A DNA stretch of 64,000 nt from NCBI RefSeq assembly GCF_006345805.1, contig NC_043000.1, forward strand, positions 17,608,001-17,672,000, read 5' to 3'. This document shows, piece after piece, positions 35,590 through 49,399 of this stretch (position 1 is its first letter; each line of letters starts with the position of its first letter). Under the pieces are notes generated by a model. The model saw nothing but the letters and a program-made list of their open reading frames with translations. It was not told where the DNA came from and did not search any database. Source of the DNA: Octopus sinensis. Taxonomy: Eukaryota. Position numbers and translations under genes: made by a program.

Positions 35590-37108
35590 CAAAAATAATA
35601 ATTATTATCAAAACTCAACTCAAGGATCCTTGTGACTGCCATCAACACATGGGCTGTTGCTGTAGTCCACTATAGTGCACCTATCCTGAAGGGTAAAGGT
35701 GGTCGTGGGCTGATTAGCATACAGGAGTGCATCAACAGTGGAAAAAGAAACATGGCAGAATATTTGGTAAACAGCAAACAAGACCTGCTACAGTATGCTG
35801 CTAATGCAGAAGGATTTATCAAAAATGGACTTGAGAGTGCTCGTGAATTCTGATTGTGAACAGCCAATGAGAGAGAAGAAACCTTGCTCCACATGGAATT
35901 ACATGGTTAGTTCCACCGAGAAACTAACAAATTAAAAGCCCAGGAAGCATCATGGGGGTGGCTCAGCAAGGGTGACCTAAAAAGCAATACTGAAAGCCTA
36001 ATCATCACTGCCCAAGATCAGGTATTGAATATTAACTCAGTACCAGTGTCACCTTACTGGCACTTGTGCTGGTGGCATGGGAAAAAACATTCAAGCAAGG
36101 TCATTGCCAGTGCTGCTGGACTGGCTCCTGTGTAGGTGGCATGTAAAAAAACACCATTTGAGCGTGGCCATTGCCAGTACTGCCTGATTGGCCCTCATTC
36201 TGTTGGCGCATAAAAGCACCCACTACACTCTCGGAGTGGTTGGCATTAGGGAGGGCATCCAGCTGTAGAAACTCTGCCAGATCAAGATTGGAGCATGGTG
36301 CAGCCATCTGGTTCGCCAGTCCCTAGTCAAATTGTCCAACCCATGCTAGCATGGAAAGCGAATGTTAAACGATGATGATGATGATGATGATCTTGATGAT
36401 GATGAAAAGGGATATATACCATACAAGTTCAATAAATCTCTGCAGAATGTGTGGGAAGAGGGTCAAAAGTGTGACTCACATTGTTAGTGCTTGTGAAAGT
36501 CTTGCAGAGAAAGAGTACAAGAGCAGACACAGCAAGGTAGCTCAAAACCTTCACTGGCTACTATGCTGGAAGTATGGATATGAGGTAACGGGTGCTTGGT
36601 ACAAACATACACTGGAAAAGGTAATGGATGAAAAGGGGAAGGCAAAAATCCTCTGGGATTTTGACTTCCAGACAGAAAAGATATTAGAGCACCAATGGCC
36701 AGATATAGTGACCTTTAGGAGGGACAAACAAATGTGCTTAATAATCGACGTGGCAGTGCCAGGAGATAAACTTATTATCATGGAAGAAAGAGAAAAGACT
36801 GATAAATATGGAGACCTGAGAATTGAGATCACTAAGATGTAGCTGCTATGAGAGTCAAACATAAAGGTTGTGCCTATTGTCATTGGAGCACTGGGTTCAA
36901 TACCACCCAACCTGAAAAAACATCTGGAAACTTTAGAAATACCCTGCAATTAGGTATATTGCAAAAGTTGGCATTACTTGGAACTGCATTCATATTGCGT
37001 AAAGTACTGTCTGTTTGAGGTCCTTATTGTGACTTGACAGACAGTAAAAAACCCCAAGTACACACAGTATCCTTAATCAACAGCATATCAATACTGTGCG
37101 ACATCTTA

Positions 37109-37110
<2 letters not shown>
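35590..37110 (+). mobile_element. Dong/R4-clade non-LTR element fragment (thumb, CCHC, restriction-like endonuclease), interrupted at about 36042-36405 by an RTE 3' end
   Basis: TAINTWAVAVVHYS, KGGRGL, CRMC..HIVSAC, KILWDF, PDIV..D..CLIIDVAVP..E.EK..KY; stops and frameshifts; flanked by (TAA)n. Confidence 0.9.
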
Positions 37111-37161
<51 letters not shown>

Positions 37162-37184
37162 TAATAATAATAATAATAATAATA

Positions 37185-37620
37185 TATTTCTTTACTACCA
37201 ACAAGGGGCTAAATACAGAGGGGGCAAACAAGGACAAACGGATTAAGTTGATTACATCAACCCCAGTGCGTAACTGGTACTTAATTTATTGACCCCGAAA
37301 GGATGAAAGGCAAAGTCGACCTCGGCTGAATTTGAACTCAGAACGTAACGGCAGACGAAATACAGCTACGCATTTCGCCCGGCATGCTAACGTTTCTGCC
37401 AGCTCACCACCTTAATAATAATAATCCTTTCTACTATAGACACAAGGTCTGATATTTGTGGGGAGGGGGCTAGTTGATTATATCAACCCCATTGTATGTA
37501 ACTGGTACTTATTTCATCGACCCCAAAAGGATGAAAGGCAAAGTCGACCTCGGCGGAATTTGAACTCAGAATGTAACGGCAGACGAAATACTGCTAAGTA
37601 TTTTGCCTGGCATTCTAACA
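37185..37620 (-). mobile_element. SINE B (37185-37412) and SINE B2 variant (about 37428-37620)
   Basis: Reverse complement of the consensus. Confidence 0.85.
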
Positions 37621-37779
37621 ATTAGAACAATGGATGAGGGGTCAATACAAAGATAGATATAAAGTGAAGGGATTTACAGAGAATGGAATGATTTAAAAAA
37701 AAAGTATACATTGTATACAAAATTAACATAAGCCATGAAAGTGAGTATACATGGTATGAAATAAATGAAAAAGATAAAG

Positions 37780-38012
37780 ATCCTTTCTGAATTACATAGA
37801 CTCAAAGAACCAGTTTCCCAATTTTCATGGAGTAGATATTCCCCACCTGGATGGGATGCTAGTCCATCATAGGATTTTTGTCAGCTGAGTGGGCTGGAGC
37901 AACATGAAATGAAGTGTTTTACTAAGGAACACACAATGTGTTGCCTGGACTAGGAATCAGACCCACAAACTTGTGATCATGAGTCCAACACCCTAACCAC
38001 TAAGACACGTGC
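37780..38012 (-). mobile_element. tRNA-CORE SINE family D (also about 40366-40480 on plus and 58950-59080 on minus)
   Basis: Minus strand GGCACGTGTCTTAGTGGTTAGGGTGTTGGAC head; CORE-like TTGTGTCCTTGAGCAAGACACTT in the 40420 copy. Confidence 0.7.
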
Positions 38013-38242
38013 CATATTTATGGTATATGCCATAAAAATTGATAAATAAAAATAAATAAATAAATGATGATGATGATGATGGATGGTGCAGTCCTCTTGA
38101 GACTGGAAGGCTTCTATGACTAATTGAGGAATCCCCACTATCCAAGCTCTTGAACACCACAGGCAAGTGTCCATTCCAATATTTGTTTTCTGATACACAG
38201 GTCTATGCTTAAAGTGCTGTCATCCACTCTTTCATTTGATAA

Positions 38243-38472
38243 GGCGGCGAGCTGGCAGAAACGTTAGCACGCCGGGCGAAATGCTTAGCGGTATTTCGTC
38301 TGCGTTACGTTGTGAGTTCAAATTCCGCCAAGGTCGACTTTGCCTTTCATTCTTTCGGGGTCAATAAATTAAGTACCAGTTACGCACTGGGGTCGATGTA
38401 ATCAACTTAATACCTATGTCTGTCTTTGTTTGTCCTCTCTGTGTTTAGCCCCTTGTGGGTAGTAAAGAAATA
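38243..38472 (+). mobile_element. SINE family B, full length
   Basis: Consensus match. Confidence 0.9.
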
Positions 38473-38589
38473 GGTATATATTTTATACCAATGTCACTTT
38501 GATGGTATGCACTACTCCCTCACTCAACAATAATGATGATGATGATGATGACGACGACAACAACAACAACAACAACAAACATAATAATG

Positions 38590-38624
<35 letters not shown>

Positions 38625-38631
38625 GGCTTCA

Positions 38632-39065
38632 AAGTTTGGCACAAGGCCAGCAATTTCAGGAGACAGAGTAAGTCGATTACATCAACCCCAGTACTTAGCT
38701 GGTACTTTGTTTTATTGACCCCAAAAGGATGGAAGGCAAATTCAACCTAGCTGGAATTGGAACTCCGAATGTTAAAGATGGATGAAATGCCATTAAGCAT
38801 TTTGCTTCTGGCATGCTAACAATTCTCCCAGCTCACTGCCCTACTACTAATGATAATAATAGTAATCATCATCATCATCATCATCGTTTAACGTTCACTT
38901 TCCATGCTAGCATTGGTTGGACGATTTGACTGAGGTCTGACAAACCAGATGGCTGCACCAGACTTCAATCTGATCTGGCAGAGTTTCTACAGCTGGATGC
39001 CCTTCCTAATGCCAACCACTCCGAGAGTGTAGTGAGTGCTTTTATGTGCCACCAGCATGAGGGCC
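38632..39065 (-). mobile_element. SINE B2 (about 38632-38840) and RTE 3' end (about 38865-39065)
   Basis: Tail homologies. Confidence 0.75.
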
Positions 39066-39321
39066 AAGGACCTTTCTGGACAAAAGGATATCATTATCAT
39101 CAGCATCATCATCATTCTTCTTATTATTACTATTAATGATAATAATAGTAATAATAAGAAGAATGATGATGATGATGATGATGATAATGATATCCTTTTG
39201 TCCAGAAAGGTCCTGAATAATGAGGACAGCACAGAGGCAAAATACAAAGAGAGAAAGTGAAACTAGAATAGAAAGAAAAAAAGCAAGAAGCCATGGGGTT
39301 ATATTTAGTTATATTGAGTAA

Positions 39322-39686
39322 AAAACACCATCCGAGCGTGACCGTTCGCCAGCCTCGTCTGGCACCTGTGTCGGTGACACATAAAAAAACACCATCCGAG
39401 CGTGGCCATTCGCCAGCCTCGTCTGGCACCTGTGTTGGTGGCACATAAAAAACACCATCCGAGCGTGGCTGTTTGCCAGCCTCGTCTGGTACCTGTGTCG
39501 GTGGCACGTAAAAAGCACCCACTACACTCACAGAGTGGTTGGCGTTAGGAAGGGCATCCAGCTGTAGAAACATTGTGAGATCTGACTGGCCTGGTGCAGC
39601 CTTCGGGCTTCCCAGACCCCAGTTGAACCGTCCAACCCATGCTAGCATGGAAAGCGGACGTTAAACGATGATGATGATGATGATGA
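39322..39686 (+). mobile_element. RTE 3' end with three VNTR units
   Basis: Near-identical to 18130-18490. Confidence 0.9.
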
Positions 39687-40019
39687 GTAAAAGTATAACA
39701 TTAAATAACATTAAAGACATGTTAATAGTTATATAACAAATAACTGTACTAACAACAAGCAAAGATTCTGAAAATTAAGGGAAACCACTTAGAGTGATTC
39801 AGGGTACTGCACACAGCTGTATAGTTGGTGTAGGCCCATTTAAGCCATGTCAAGTTCCATGATTTCACTAACATGCATAACATTTACGTCTTCCTCTCCG
39901 CTCTTACCTACCTCTTCAAGTAGCACGTGAAGAAGATGATTAGTGCTTGTTGTCAGTGGACACTAGAAAAAAAATAGTAAGAATACTTATGATAATGACA
40001 ATAAAAAAGAATTAGGGCA

Positions 40020-40083
40020 CGTGTGTGTGTATTTATATGTATGTATATATATGTATATATATATGTACATATATCTATATATA

Positions 40084-40145
<62 letters not shown>

Positions 40146-40149
40146 CCAC

Positions 40150-40230
<81 letters not shown>

Positions 40231-40320
40231 ATTATATGTGTGTATGTATGTATGTATGTATGTATGTATGTATATATATATATATGAATGTATATATATA
40301 TTTACATGTGTGTGTGTGTG

Positions 40321-40345
<25 letters not shown>
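40020..40345. repeat. Compound (TA)n/(TGTA)n/(GA)n microsatellite
   Basis: Direct reading. Confidence 0.95.
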
Positions 40346-40352
<7 letters not shown>

Positions 40353-40866
40353 AAGAAAGAGAACATGTGGGTTTGTGGTTAGGGAATTTGGCTCACGTGA
40401 GCTTCAATCCCGAAGATGCGTTGTGTCCTTGAGCAAGACACTTTATTTCACATTGCTCCAGTCCACTCAGCTGGCATAAGTGAGAATACTCTTATTTAAG
40501 ATGGAGATGAGTACCAAGACTGCCATGTGACATGCTGGGACAATTGTGGAGTCCTCTTTGCAGGAAACCATTGGTTGCCTTGTTAATCTACAAATAACAT
40601 ACACTCACATATATTATATATATGTATGTATGTATGTATGTACCCTCGGGTCGATAACTGATGAGGAATTAGGGCCCTTTGTTGTCTGTTTTCTGTCTGC
40701 TGTGCACTTGATATATGTTCTGTTCATCTGTACATTTAATATATAATTTTTAATTTGCCATTCTGTATGTTTTTCGTTTATGCTTTTACTATACATTTTT
40801 TCCCTTATTAAGTAATGAAACGCAACACACTCTGTTTTTTATTAACAGTTGGTTATTTATATATAT

Positions 40867-41090
40867 CGAGCTGGCAGAATCGTTAGCACGCCGGGCGAAA
40901 TGCATAGCCGTATTTCGTCTGCCGTTACGTTCTGAGTTCAAATTCCGCCGAGGTCGACTTGGCCTTTCATCCTCTCGGGGTCGATAAATAAAGTACCAGT
41001 TTCGCACTGGGTCGATGTAATCGACTTAATCCCTTTGTCTGCCCTTGTTTGTCCCCTCTATGTTTAGCCCCTTGAGGGCAGTAAAGAAAT
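40867..41090 (+). mobile_element. SINE family B
   Basis: Consensus match. Confidence 0.9.
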
Positions 41091-42262
41091 ATATATATAT
41101 ATATATCCATGCAACTTCTATTTCTATCCTTTCTTCTTTCTCCTTTTTCTTTGCCCATTTCTTCCTTTCTCTCTCTCTCTCTCGCCCCTCCTCTCTCTCT
41201 CTCCCCTCCCCCCTCCCCCCTCTCCCCCTCCCTCTCTCACTGTTTCACTTGCCCTGTTTCTCCTCTGCCTTCTATGTCTCTCTCTGCCTGCTGGTGAACC
41301 CTGGTCAGTTGTTTTTTCTTTGTCCCTCTCTTTTTTTTTTACACTGGTCCCTGAGGTGAACTTCTCTGCTCTCCACTTCAGTGTGTCTCACTGTTTCTGT
41401 TTCTAATCCTTTAAATATTTCCATCTAAGTTTTACCCATGCTTCATCTTCATCTAGCCTTAAGGCTGCATTCTGTTTGTTTTTATTTATTTCATCTTTGT
41501 CCTTTGTGCACCGACTTGAATTACATTTATTCATTTTCCTACGTCTACTTCTGTATTGCTTGTTATCCACATATTGTTTACCACACAGCCACGACATAAT
41601 GCCAAAGATCTCAGTCATTGCCTCCCTCTCTGGTCAATCTCTCATCAACTTCTTCAAGTATCACTTGAAAAGGAAAGTGAAAGTAGAGAGGCAAGTTTTG
41701 TCTAGCGAATGTTTCAAAAAAAGATGGGTGAATGTAGCAAGGATGGCACGTATGAATGACGAAGCCACCTTGAGCATAGTTCTATGAACCTGGAAAAATA
41801 TTAAACAGAGAGTTACTTACTTGCAAATAAATGTGTTAATATGTGACATTATTGACCGAGAGGTTACTGTGGTGTTTTCCGTAGGCTTTTCTTTCTACGG
41901 ATAAACCTTATACTTTACATCATGACATTTCTGCGATACACGGTTCCTAGTCATCGTTTTTTTTCCCTTTTTTTTCTTTCCTTTTCACGATACCTTTTGA
42001 TTGAAAACCTACCCCACTTTTTTTTTCTCCCCAAAAAGAAAAGCTCTACTTTGTAATTTGTCCCGTCTGTGTTCAGCCCTGTGTGGCTAATAAAGAAACA
42101 TATATATATATACTTCATTAATAAAGCTGCAAAGATATCTCAGAAACTGTTACACAGAGTTTCATATTCTTGTTCTTTGGACAGTTTTTGTTATTCATAT
42201 CTATATATGTGTGTGTGTGTGTGTGTTGTGTGTGTGGTGTGTGTGTGTGTGTATATATATAT

Positions 42263-42304
<42 letters not shown>

Positions 42305-42338
42305 ATATATATATATATGTGTGGTGTGTGTGTGTTGG

Positions 42339-42373
<35 letters not shown>

Positions 42374-42411
42374 TATACTTATACACACATACACACAATA
42401 TATATATTGTT

Positions 42412-42449
<38 letters not shown>

Positions 42450-42460
42450 GGTGTGTATGC

Positions 42461-42491
<31 letters not shown>

Positions 42492-42685
42492 GTTATATTA
42501 TATATATATAAATAATAAATATTAGGGAATATATCCAAATTGAGGGAAAAAAAATCAGATTTAGGATTAATCCAATTTTATAGAAAATATTATATTGTAG
42601 TGGCGGTTTTTTTGACTATTTATTAAATTTTATGTATTGATTAGTCTTTCTTGTTTGTTTTGCAAAATAGGGTTTGTCTCAAATA

Positions 42686-42788
<103 letters not shown>

Positions 42789-43150
42789 CTATGTATATAT
42801 ATATATAATATATAATTATCTTACACAAATACAATATATAGGAAACAATATTATGAGGCACTGCACTTGTATTATGTTGAGTACTTTCATGACATCAACA
42901 GAAAAGCTGAAAACAAGATAAAAAACAGCATGTATCTAAAGCAAACAGAGCTTGGCTTAGTTGTTTAATAAAAGCATGCAATTAGAAAAAAGGAAGCCAA
43001 TTGCAAAAATAATATAAATAACTTTCCTACAAAGGCAATAAGCCTCAGTCGATAATGTGAACCCCAGTGCATCCTTCTGGTGTTTTATTTCATTGACACT
43101 GGAAGCATGAATGTCATTAGTAATAACAACAATAGTAACAATAGTAATAA

Positions 43151-43555
43151 GGAGTGGCTGTGTGGTAAGTAGCTTGTTTACCAACCACATGATTCTGGGT
43201 TCAGTCCCACTGTGTGGCACTTTGGGCAAGTGTCTTCTACTATAGCCTTGAGCCAACCAAAGCCTTGTGAGTGGATTCCATAGACAGGAACTGAAAGAAG
43301 CCCTTCGTATACATGTATCTGTATATATATATATGTGTGTATATGTTTGTGTATCTGTGTTTGTCCTCCCAACATCGCTTGACAATTGATGCTGGTGTGT
43401 TTACGTCCCTGTAACTTAGCGGTTCAGCAAAAGAGTCCGATAGAATAAGTACTAGGCTTACAAAGAATAAGTCCTGGGGTCGATTTGCTCAACTAAAGGT
43501 GGTGCTCCAGCATGGCCACAGTCAAATGACTGAAACAAGTAAAAGAGTAAAAGAG
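43151..43555 (+). mobile_element. SINE family A
   Basis: Consensus match. Confidence 0.9.
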
Positions 43556-43559
43556 AGTA

Positions 43560-45002
43560 TCATTTTCAATTTTGGTACAAGGCCATTAGGTCTGAGAGGA
43601 GAGAAGTTGACTACATCAATTACACTTCATTTATTGACCTTGAATAGATGAAAGGTAAAGTTGACGTCAATAGAATTTGAACTCAGAGCATAAAGAGCAG
43701 GAAGAAATGCTGCTAAGCATTTTGTCCGACACATGAGAAAATAACAATTCTGCTAGACTCACTACCCTCTTAGGAATAATGCTTTCTGATTTCGGAATAA
43801 GACACTAATATTCAGATAGTGAGCAAGTTGATTATATTGACCCTAATACTTAATTGGTACTTGTTATAAACCCAAACTCGAATATCAAAGTTTAAAAGTT
43901 TTTAATCGACTAAAAATACAGCAATGTACAATATAAACAAAGATTGCGAAATTGTAAGCAAAACCAAACTTGAACGCAATAACATTTTTATGCAGCGAGT
44001 TGCTACATTCTAGACTAACTAAAATCAACACTGAACATGTCGTCTGCAAACAGAACAGAAGTCCAGGCTGTCACACGGCAGGCATATAGCAGCAATTGAG
44101 ACAATCAGAATCATCATCATCATCGTTTAACGTCCGCTTTCCATGCTAGCATGGGTTGGACGGTTCAACTGGGGTCTGGGAAGCCCGAAGGCTGCACCAG
44201 GCTCCAGTCTGATCTGGCAGAGTTTCTACGGCTGGATGCCCTTCCTAACGCCAACCACTCCGTGAGTGTAGTGGGTGATTTTATGTGCCACCAACACAGG
44301 TGCCAGACGAGGCTGGCAGACGGCCACGCTCGGATGGTGTTTTTTATGTGCCACCGACACAGGTGCCAGACGAGGCTGGTGATCAAAACTAAAATCACTA
44401 CAGTACTTTATTTTATTGGCCCTCAAAAGGATGAAAGGTAAAGTTGGCCTTGGTGAGATTTGAGCTCAGCACATTAACAGCCAGAAGAAATGCCACTAAG
44501 CATTTTGTACAATACTCTAATGATTCCGGCTGCTCACCACTTTTATATAATGATTTCAAATTTTGGCACAAGGCCAGTAATTTTGCTGAGAGGGTACAGG
44601 TTGATTAAATCATTTCCAATACTTGATTGGTTCTTTATTTTATCAACCCCAAAAGGAGAAAAAGGCAGAGTTAACCTTGGTGGAGTTTGAACTTAGAATG
44701 TAGGTCCAGAAGAAATATTTGTAATATTTCTTAGAATATAAGTCTTAGAATGTGGGTCCAGATGAAAGCATTTTGTCTAATGTGCTAAAGATTCTGCCTC
44801 CAATTTTAGCACAAGGCTAGCATTTTTGGGGGAGGGGGTTAATCAATTACATCGAATCCAGCTTTTAACTGGTAATTATTCTATTGACCCCAAACTGATG
44901 AAAGCAAAGTCAACCTTGGTGGAATTTGAACTCAGATCATAAAAACAGCTGAAACGTCTCTATGCAGTTAGCCCAATGTGCTAATGATTCTGAGAGCTCA
45001 CC

Positions 45003-45005
<3 letters not shown>
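43560..45005 (-). mobile_element. Cluster of co-oriented diverged SINE B2 copies plus an RTE 3' end (44110-44380)
   Basis: Repeated TTTTGGCACAAGGCC...ATTGACCCC.AAAGGATGAAAGGCAAAGTTGACC...TTTGAACTCAGA. Confidence 0.75.
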
Positions 45006-45060
<55 letters not shown>

Positions 45061-45830
45061 TACCAGGCCAATGTGATGAACAATGGAGCAGACCCAAAAT
45101 GCCGATTCTGCAACGACATGATTGAAACAGTGGACCATCTAATCTCTGGATGTAAAGTCTTAGCACCAGTGGAGAATAAATTAAGACATGACAGAGTTGG
45201 CCAATATCTACACTGGCTAATAAGTCGGCATTACAATATCAAAACTGCCGACAAGTGGTATAATCACCACCCTGAAGCTGTAACTGTAACGATTCTGTGG
45301 GACTTTCCAGTACATACAGACCGAATCATCAAGGCCAATAAACCGGATATTGTTGTGAAAGACCAAAACAATAAAGTTTGCTTATTGATCGACATGAGCA
45401 TCCCCTGTGATCATAATATCTCGGCGAAGGAATTTGACAAGCTCAGAAAATATAAAGACCTGCTCATTGAAATTGAGAAAATGTGGCATCTCAAGGTGGT
45501 TACAATACCAGTGGTCGTAGGAGCACTAGGAATGATCAAGAAGGGAACCGAAAATTATATGAGAATGATCCCTGCAAGAAGTGCAAAAGATTGTCTTAAC
45601 TGGTACATCACACATATTGAGAAGAGCATTGTCGATGTGAGAACTATTACTACCCATGTATTTTAATTTAACTTTATTTCTATCAAAAAAAAAAAAAATG
45701 AACGAACTAGTGAGTTCAGTTTAATGGCCTACCAATGTATACTATGAGTTTCTTTGCCCTAGGAGTCGAGAAGACACTCGGCAAGAAATGGAAGCAAATT
45801 TGAAAGAAGAAGAAAAACCCATAAATAATA
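45061..45830 (+). mobile_element. Dong/R4-clade element 3' fragment (CCHC plus restriction-like endonuclease)
   Basis: CRFC..ETVDHLISGC, TILWDFPVHTDR..KPDIV..D..LLIDMSIP..KEFDKLRKY, IPVVVGALG; (AAT)n on both sides. Confidence 0.9.
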
Positions 45831-45854
45831 ATATAATAATAATAATATAATAAC

Positions 45855-45902
<48 letters not shown>

Positions 45903-45905
<3 letters not shown>

Positions 45906-46092
45906 CATCATCATCATCATCGTTTAACGTCCGTTCTCCATGCTAGCATGGGTTGGACGGTTCGACCGGGGATCTGGGAAGCCAGAAGGCTGCACCAGGC
46001 TCCAGTCTTATCTGGCAATGTTTCTACAGCTGGATGCCCTTCCTAACACCAACCACTCCGTGAGTGTAGTGGGTGCTTTTTACGTGCCACCA
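45903..46092 (-). mobile_element. RTE 3' end inserted in an (AAT)n tract
   Basis: Tail homology; (AAT)n on both sides. Confidence 0.85.
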
Positions 46093-46093
46093 C

Positions 46094-46135
<42 letters not shown>

Positions 46136-46370
46136 TATTATAATAATAACAATAATAATAATAAGAAGAAGAAGGTTAAAATATGAGAGGAGTGGCTGGG
46201 GTAGGGTTGCTTCTTGTTATAGAGGTCCTACAAGGCTGCTCACATTTAGGGGAAAGAAAGAGAAGGAATTGGTAGTAACTGCAATAAAATGACTAGTAAT
46301 GAAGTACTGAATAATGGTGATGGTAATACATGTTCATATTTCTATTTTTTTTAGATCTTTTATCTTTAAT

Positions 46371-46567
46371 CTTTTACTTGTTTCATTCATTAGACTGTGG
46401 CCATGCTGGGGCACTGCCTTGAGTTTTTTAGTCGAATGAATCAACCCCAGTACTTATTCTGTCAGTCTCTTTTACTGAACTGCTAAGTTATAGGAATGCA
46501 AACACACCAACACCGGTTGTGTGGGGACAAACACAGACAGAAAGACACACACATACACACAAACACT

Positions 46568-46618
<51 letters not shown>

Positions 46619-46880
46619 CACACACACACTCATACACAAACACACTCACACACAAACACACACTCATGCACACACACACACACACTCACACACACACACA
46701 CACAAACACACTCACACACAAACATACACACAATGGGCTTCTTTCAGTTTCTGCTTACCAAATCTATTCACAAGGCTTTGGTTGGTACAAGGCCAAAGTG
46801 CAAGGTGCCATGCAGTAGGACTGAACCCAGAACTATGTGGTAGGGAAGCAAGCTTCTTACCACACAGCAACACCTGTGCC
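46371..46880 (-). mobile_element. SINE family A, diverged, with expanded (CA)n
   Basis: Reverse complement of the consensus. Confidence 0.8.
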
Positions 46881-47205
46881 TATATGTAAGTTTATACATC
46901 ATCGTAACATTATTTCTCTCTGTTAACGATTGCAATTATATTTGATTTCATAGCTGTTCCATAGTTGTATAAAGTGTCTTTGATTTCCTACCACAATCAT
47001 ATGTCTTTGATTTTAATTTCAAAGTCGTTTAAAGGTTGTCTTTGATTTCATTCCAAGATTCTTTAAAGTGTAACAATTCAAACTTGTTTCATTATGTTAA
47101 CGATTTCCATTATATCTTAGATTCCCTTCTATAGTTAAAATTGGTAATACTAATGTATAATCCTCTAATACATGTCATTAGAATTAGAATAATAATGATA
47201 ATGAC

Positions 47206-47261
<56 letters not shown>

Positions 47262-47270
47262 TAATAATAT

Positions 47271-47826
47271 ATGCCCTGATGCAGTACCAGACAGTGTGGC
47301 TCTCATGGCTTTTGATCTTAACTGATTGGAAGTGTTATCATGTACATTGTTTTGTCTTGGTATAAAAGATGGGCTACAGCAAATATTCTGCTCAATACCA
47401 CAGATTTGCTTGTCAGTTGTTTGACCTCAACTAGTTGAGCATGTCCCTTAGTGGCTGATGATATGTGCATCTCTGATTATGAGCAGAAGTAGTTGGGGAG
47501 CATCATAGCCATGTGTTGACGGGAATTCTTTGGTGTTTGAATAATTAATCTCTGGAAACATGGGTGTTTTGTTTATCATCCTTAAAACAAACCTTATTCA
47601 AGGACCTTTTGAGCGGGATTGGCTTGGCCTGAAGAAAATTCTAACTGGGTTCCACCTGCAAGGTGATACACTGTTTAACTTGATATGAGATCCCCATGTC
47701 GTGCACATATGGTTGTGATGCATGTGCCTGGTGTACCCTTATGAGACAGGTAGTCATCATGGGTATATTGAGCTTCATATATTGTACACCAGTGTCACCT
47801 TGATGGTATGTGCTGCTTCTTCACTC
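47271..47826 (+). mobile_element. Family E element, second copy
   Basis: Colinear with 34964-35515; (AAT)n on both sides. Confidence 0.8.
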
Positions 47827-47833
47827 AACAAAG

Positions 47834-47866
<33 letters not shown>

Positions 47867-47884
47867 TAATAATAATAATAATAA

Positions 47885-48533
47885 TGGTTTCAAATTTTGC
47901 CTCAAGGGCAGCCATTTTGGGGGAAGGGATGTGTCGATTACATTGACCCTAATGTTCAACTTGTACTTACTTTATCAAACCTGAAAGGATGAAAGGTAAA
48001 GTTGTCCTTGGTGGAATTTGAACTCAGAACATAGCGGCAGACGAAATGCCATGAAGCATTTTGCCAGGCATGTTACTCTCTTTTACTCTTTTATTCTTTT
48101 ACTTGTTTCAGTCATGTGACTGTGGCCATGCTGGAGCACTGCCTTTAGTCAGGCAAATCAACCCTAGGACTTATTCTTTGTAAGCCTAGTACTTATTCTA
48201 TCAGTCTCTTTTGCCAAACCACTAAGTTATGGGGACGTAAACACACCAGTATTGGTTGTTAAGCAATGTTGGGGGGGACAAACACAGACACACACACACA
48301 CACATATATACATATATACAACAGGCTTCTTTCAGTTTCCGTCTACCAAATCCACTCACAAGGCTTTGATCGGCCCGAGGCTATAGTAGAAGATACTTGT
48401 CTAACGTGCCATGCGGTGGGACTGAACCTGGAACCATGTGGTTCGGAAGCAAGCTACTTACTATACAGCCACTCCTATGCCTATAGCCGCTCCTAAGCCT
48501 ATGTACTGTAATGATTCTTCTAGTTCATAACCC

Positions 48534-48569
<36 letters not shown>

Positions 48570-48820
48570 TAATAATAATAGTAATAATAATCCTTTCTAT
48601 TATAGGCACAAAGCCTGAAATTTGAGGGAAGGGGATTAGTTGATTACATTGACAATAGTGTTTCACTGGTACTCAATTTATTGACCCCGAAAGGATGAAA
48701 GGCAAAGTTGACCTCAACAGAATTTGAACTCAAAACATAGTGATGGGAAAAATGCTGCTAGACATTTATTCATGCTAATGACTCTGCCAGCTCGCTGCCT
48801 TAATAATAATAATAATAATG

Positions 48821-48873
<53 letters not shown>

Positions 48874-49090
48874 TGTTTCAAATTTCAGTACAAGGCCAGC
48901 ATTCTTAGTGGGAGGAAGGTAGTTGATTACATCAACACCAGTGCTTGACTGGTACTTATTTTATTAACTCTGAAAGAATGAAAGGTAAAGCCAGCATTGG
49001 TGGAATTTGAACTCAGAAGACAAAAAAAGTTGGAAAAAATGCCACTAAGTATTGTGTCTGATGCACTACCAATTCTATCAGCTCACCCCT
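47885..49090 (-). mobile_element. Cluster: SINE B2 (47885-48075, 48590-48800, 48880-49090) and SINE A (48078-48481), separated by (AAT)n
   Basis: Consensus matches. Confidence 0.8.
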
Positions 49091-49092
49091 TA

Positions 49093-49292
49093 GTGGTGGT
49101 GGTGGCGGTGGCGGCGGCGGTGGTGGTGGTTGTGGTGGCGGTGGTGGTGGTGGCGGCAGTGGCGGTGGTGGCGGTGGTGGATGGTGGTGGATGGTGGTGG
49201 TGGTGATGGTGGCGGTGGTGGAGGTGGTGGTGGAAGTGGTGGTGGTGACGGCGGTGGCGGTAGTGGTGGTGGTGGTGGTGGTGGTGGTGGTA
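49093..49292. repeat. (GGT/GGC)n trinucleotide tract
   Basis: Direct reading. Confidence 0.9.
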
Positions 49293-49399
49293 GTAAAGCA
49301 TCTGCTGAATATCAACAGACATTGCTACTTTACTGCTTAAAAAAAAAAAAATCCATTAATATCAATGAAATAACATTGAAAAAGATGGAAAAAAAAAAT

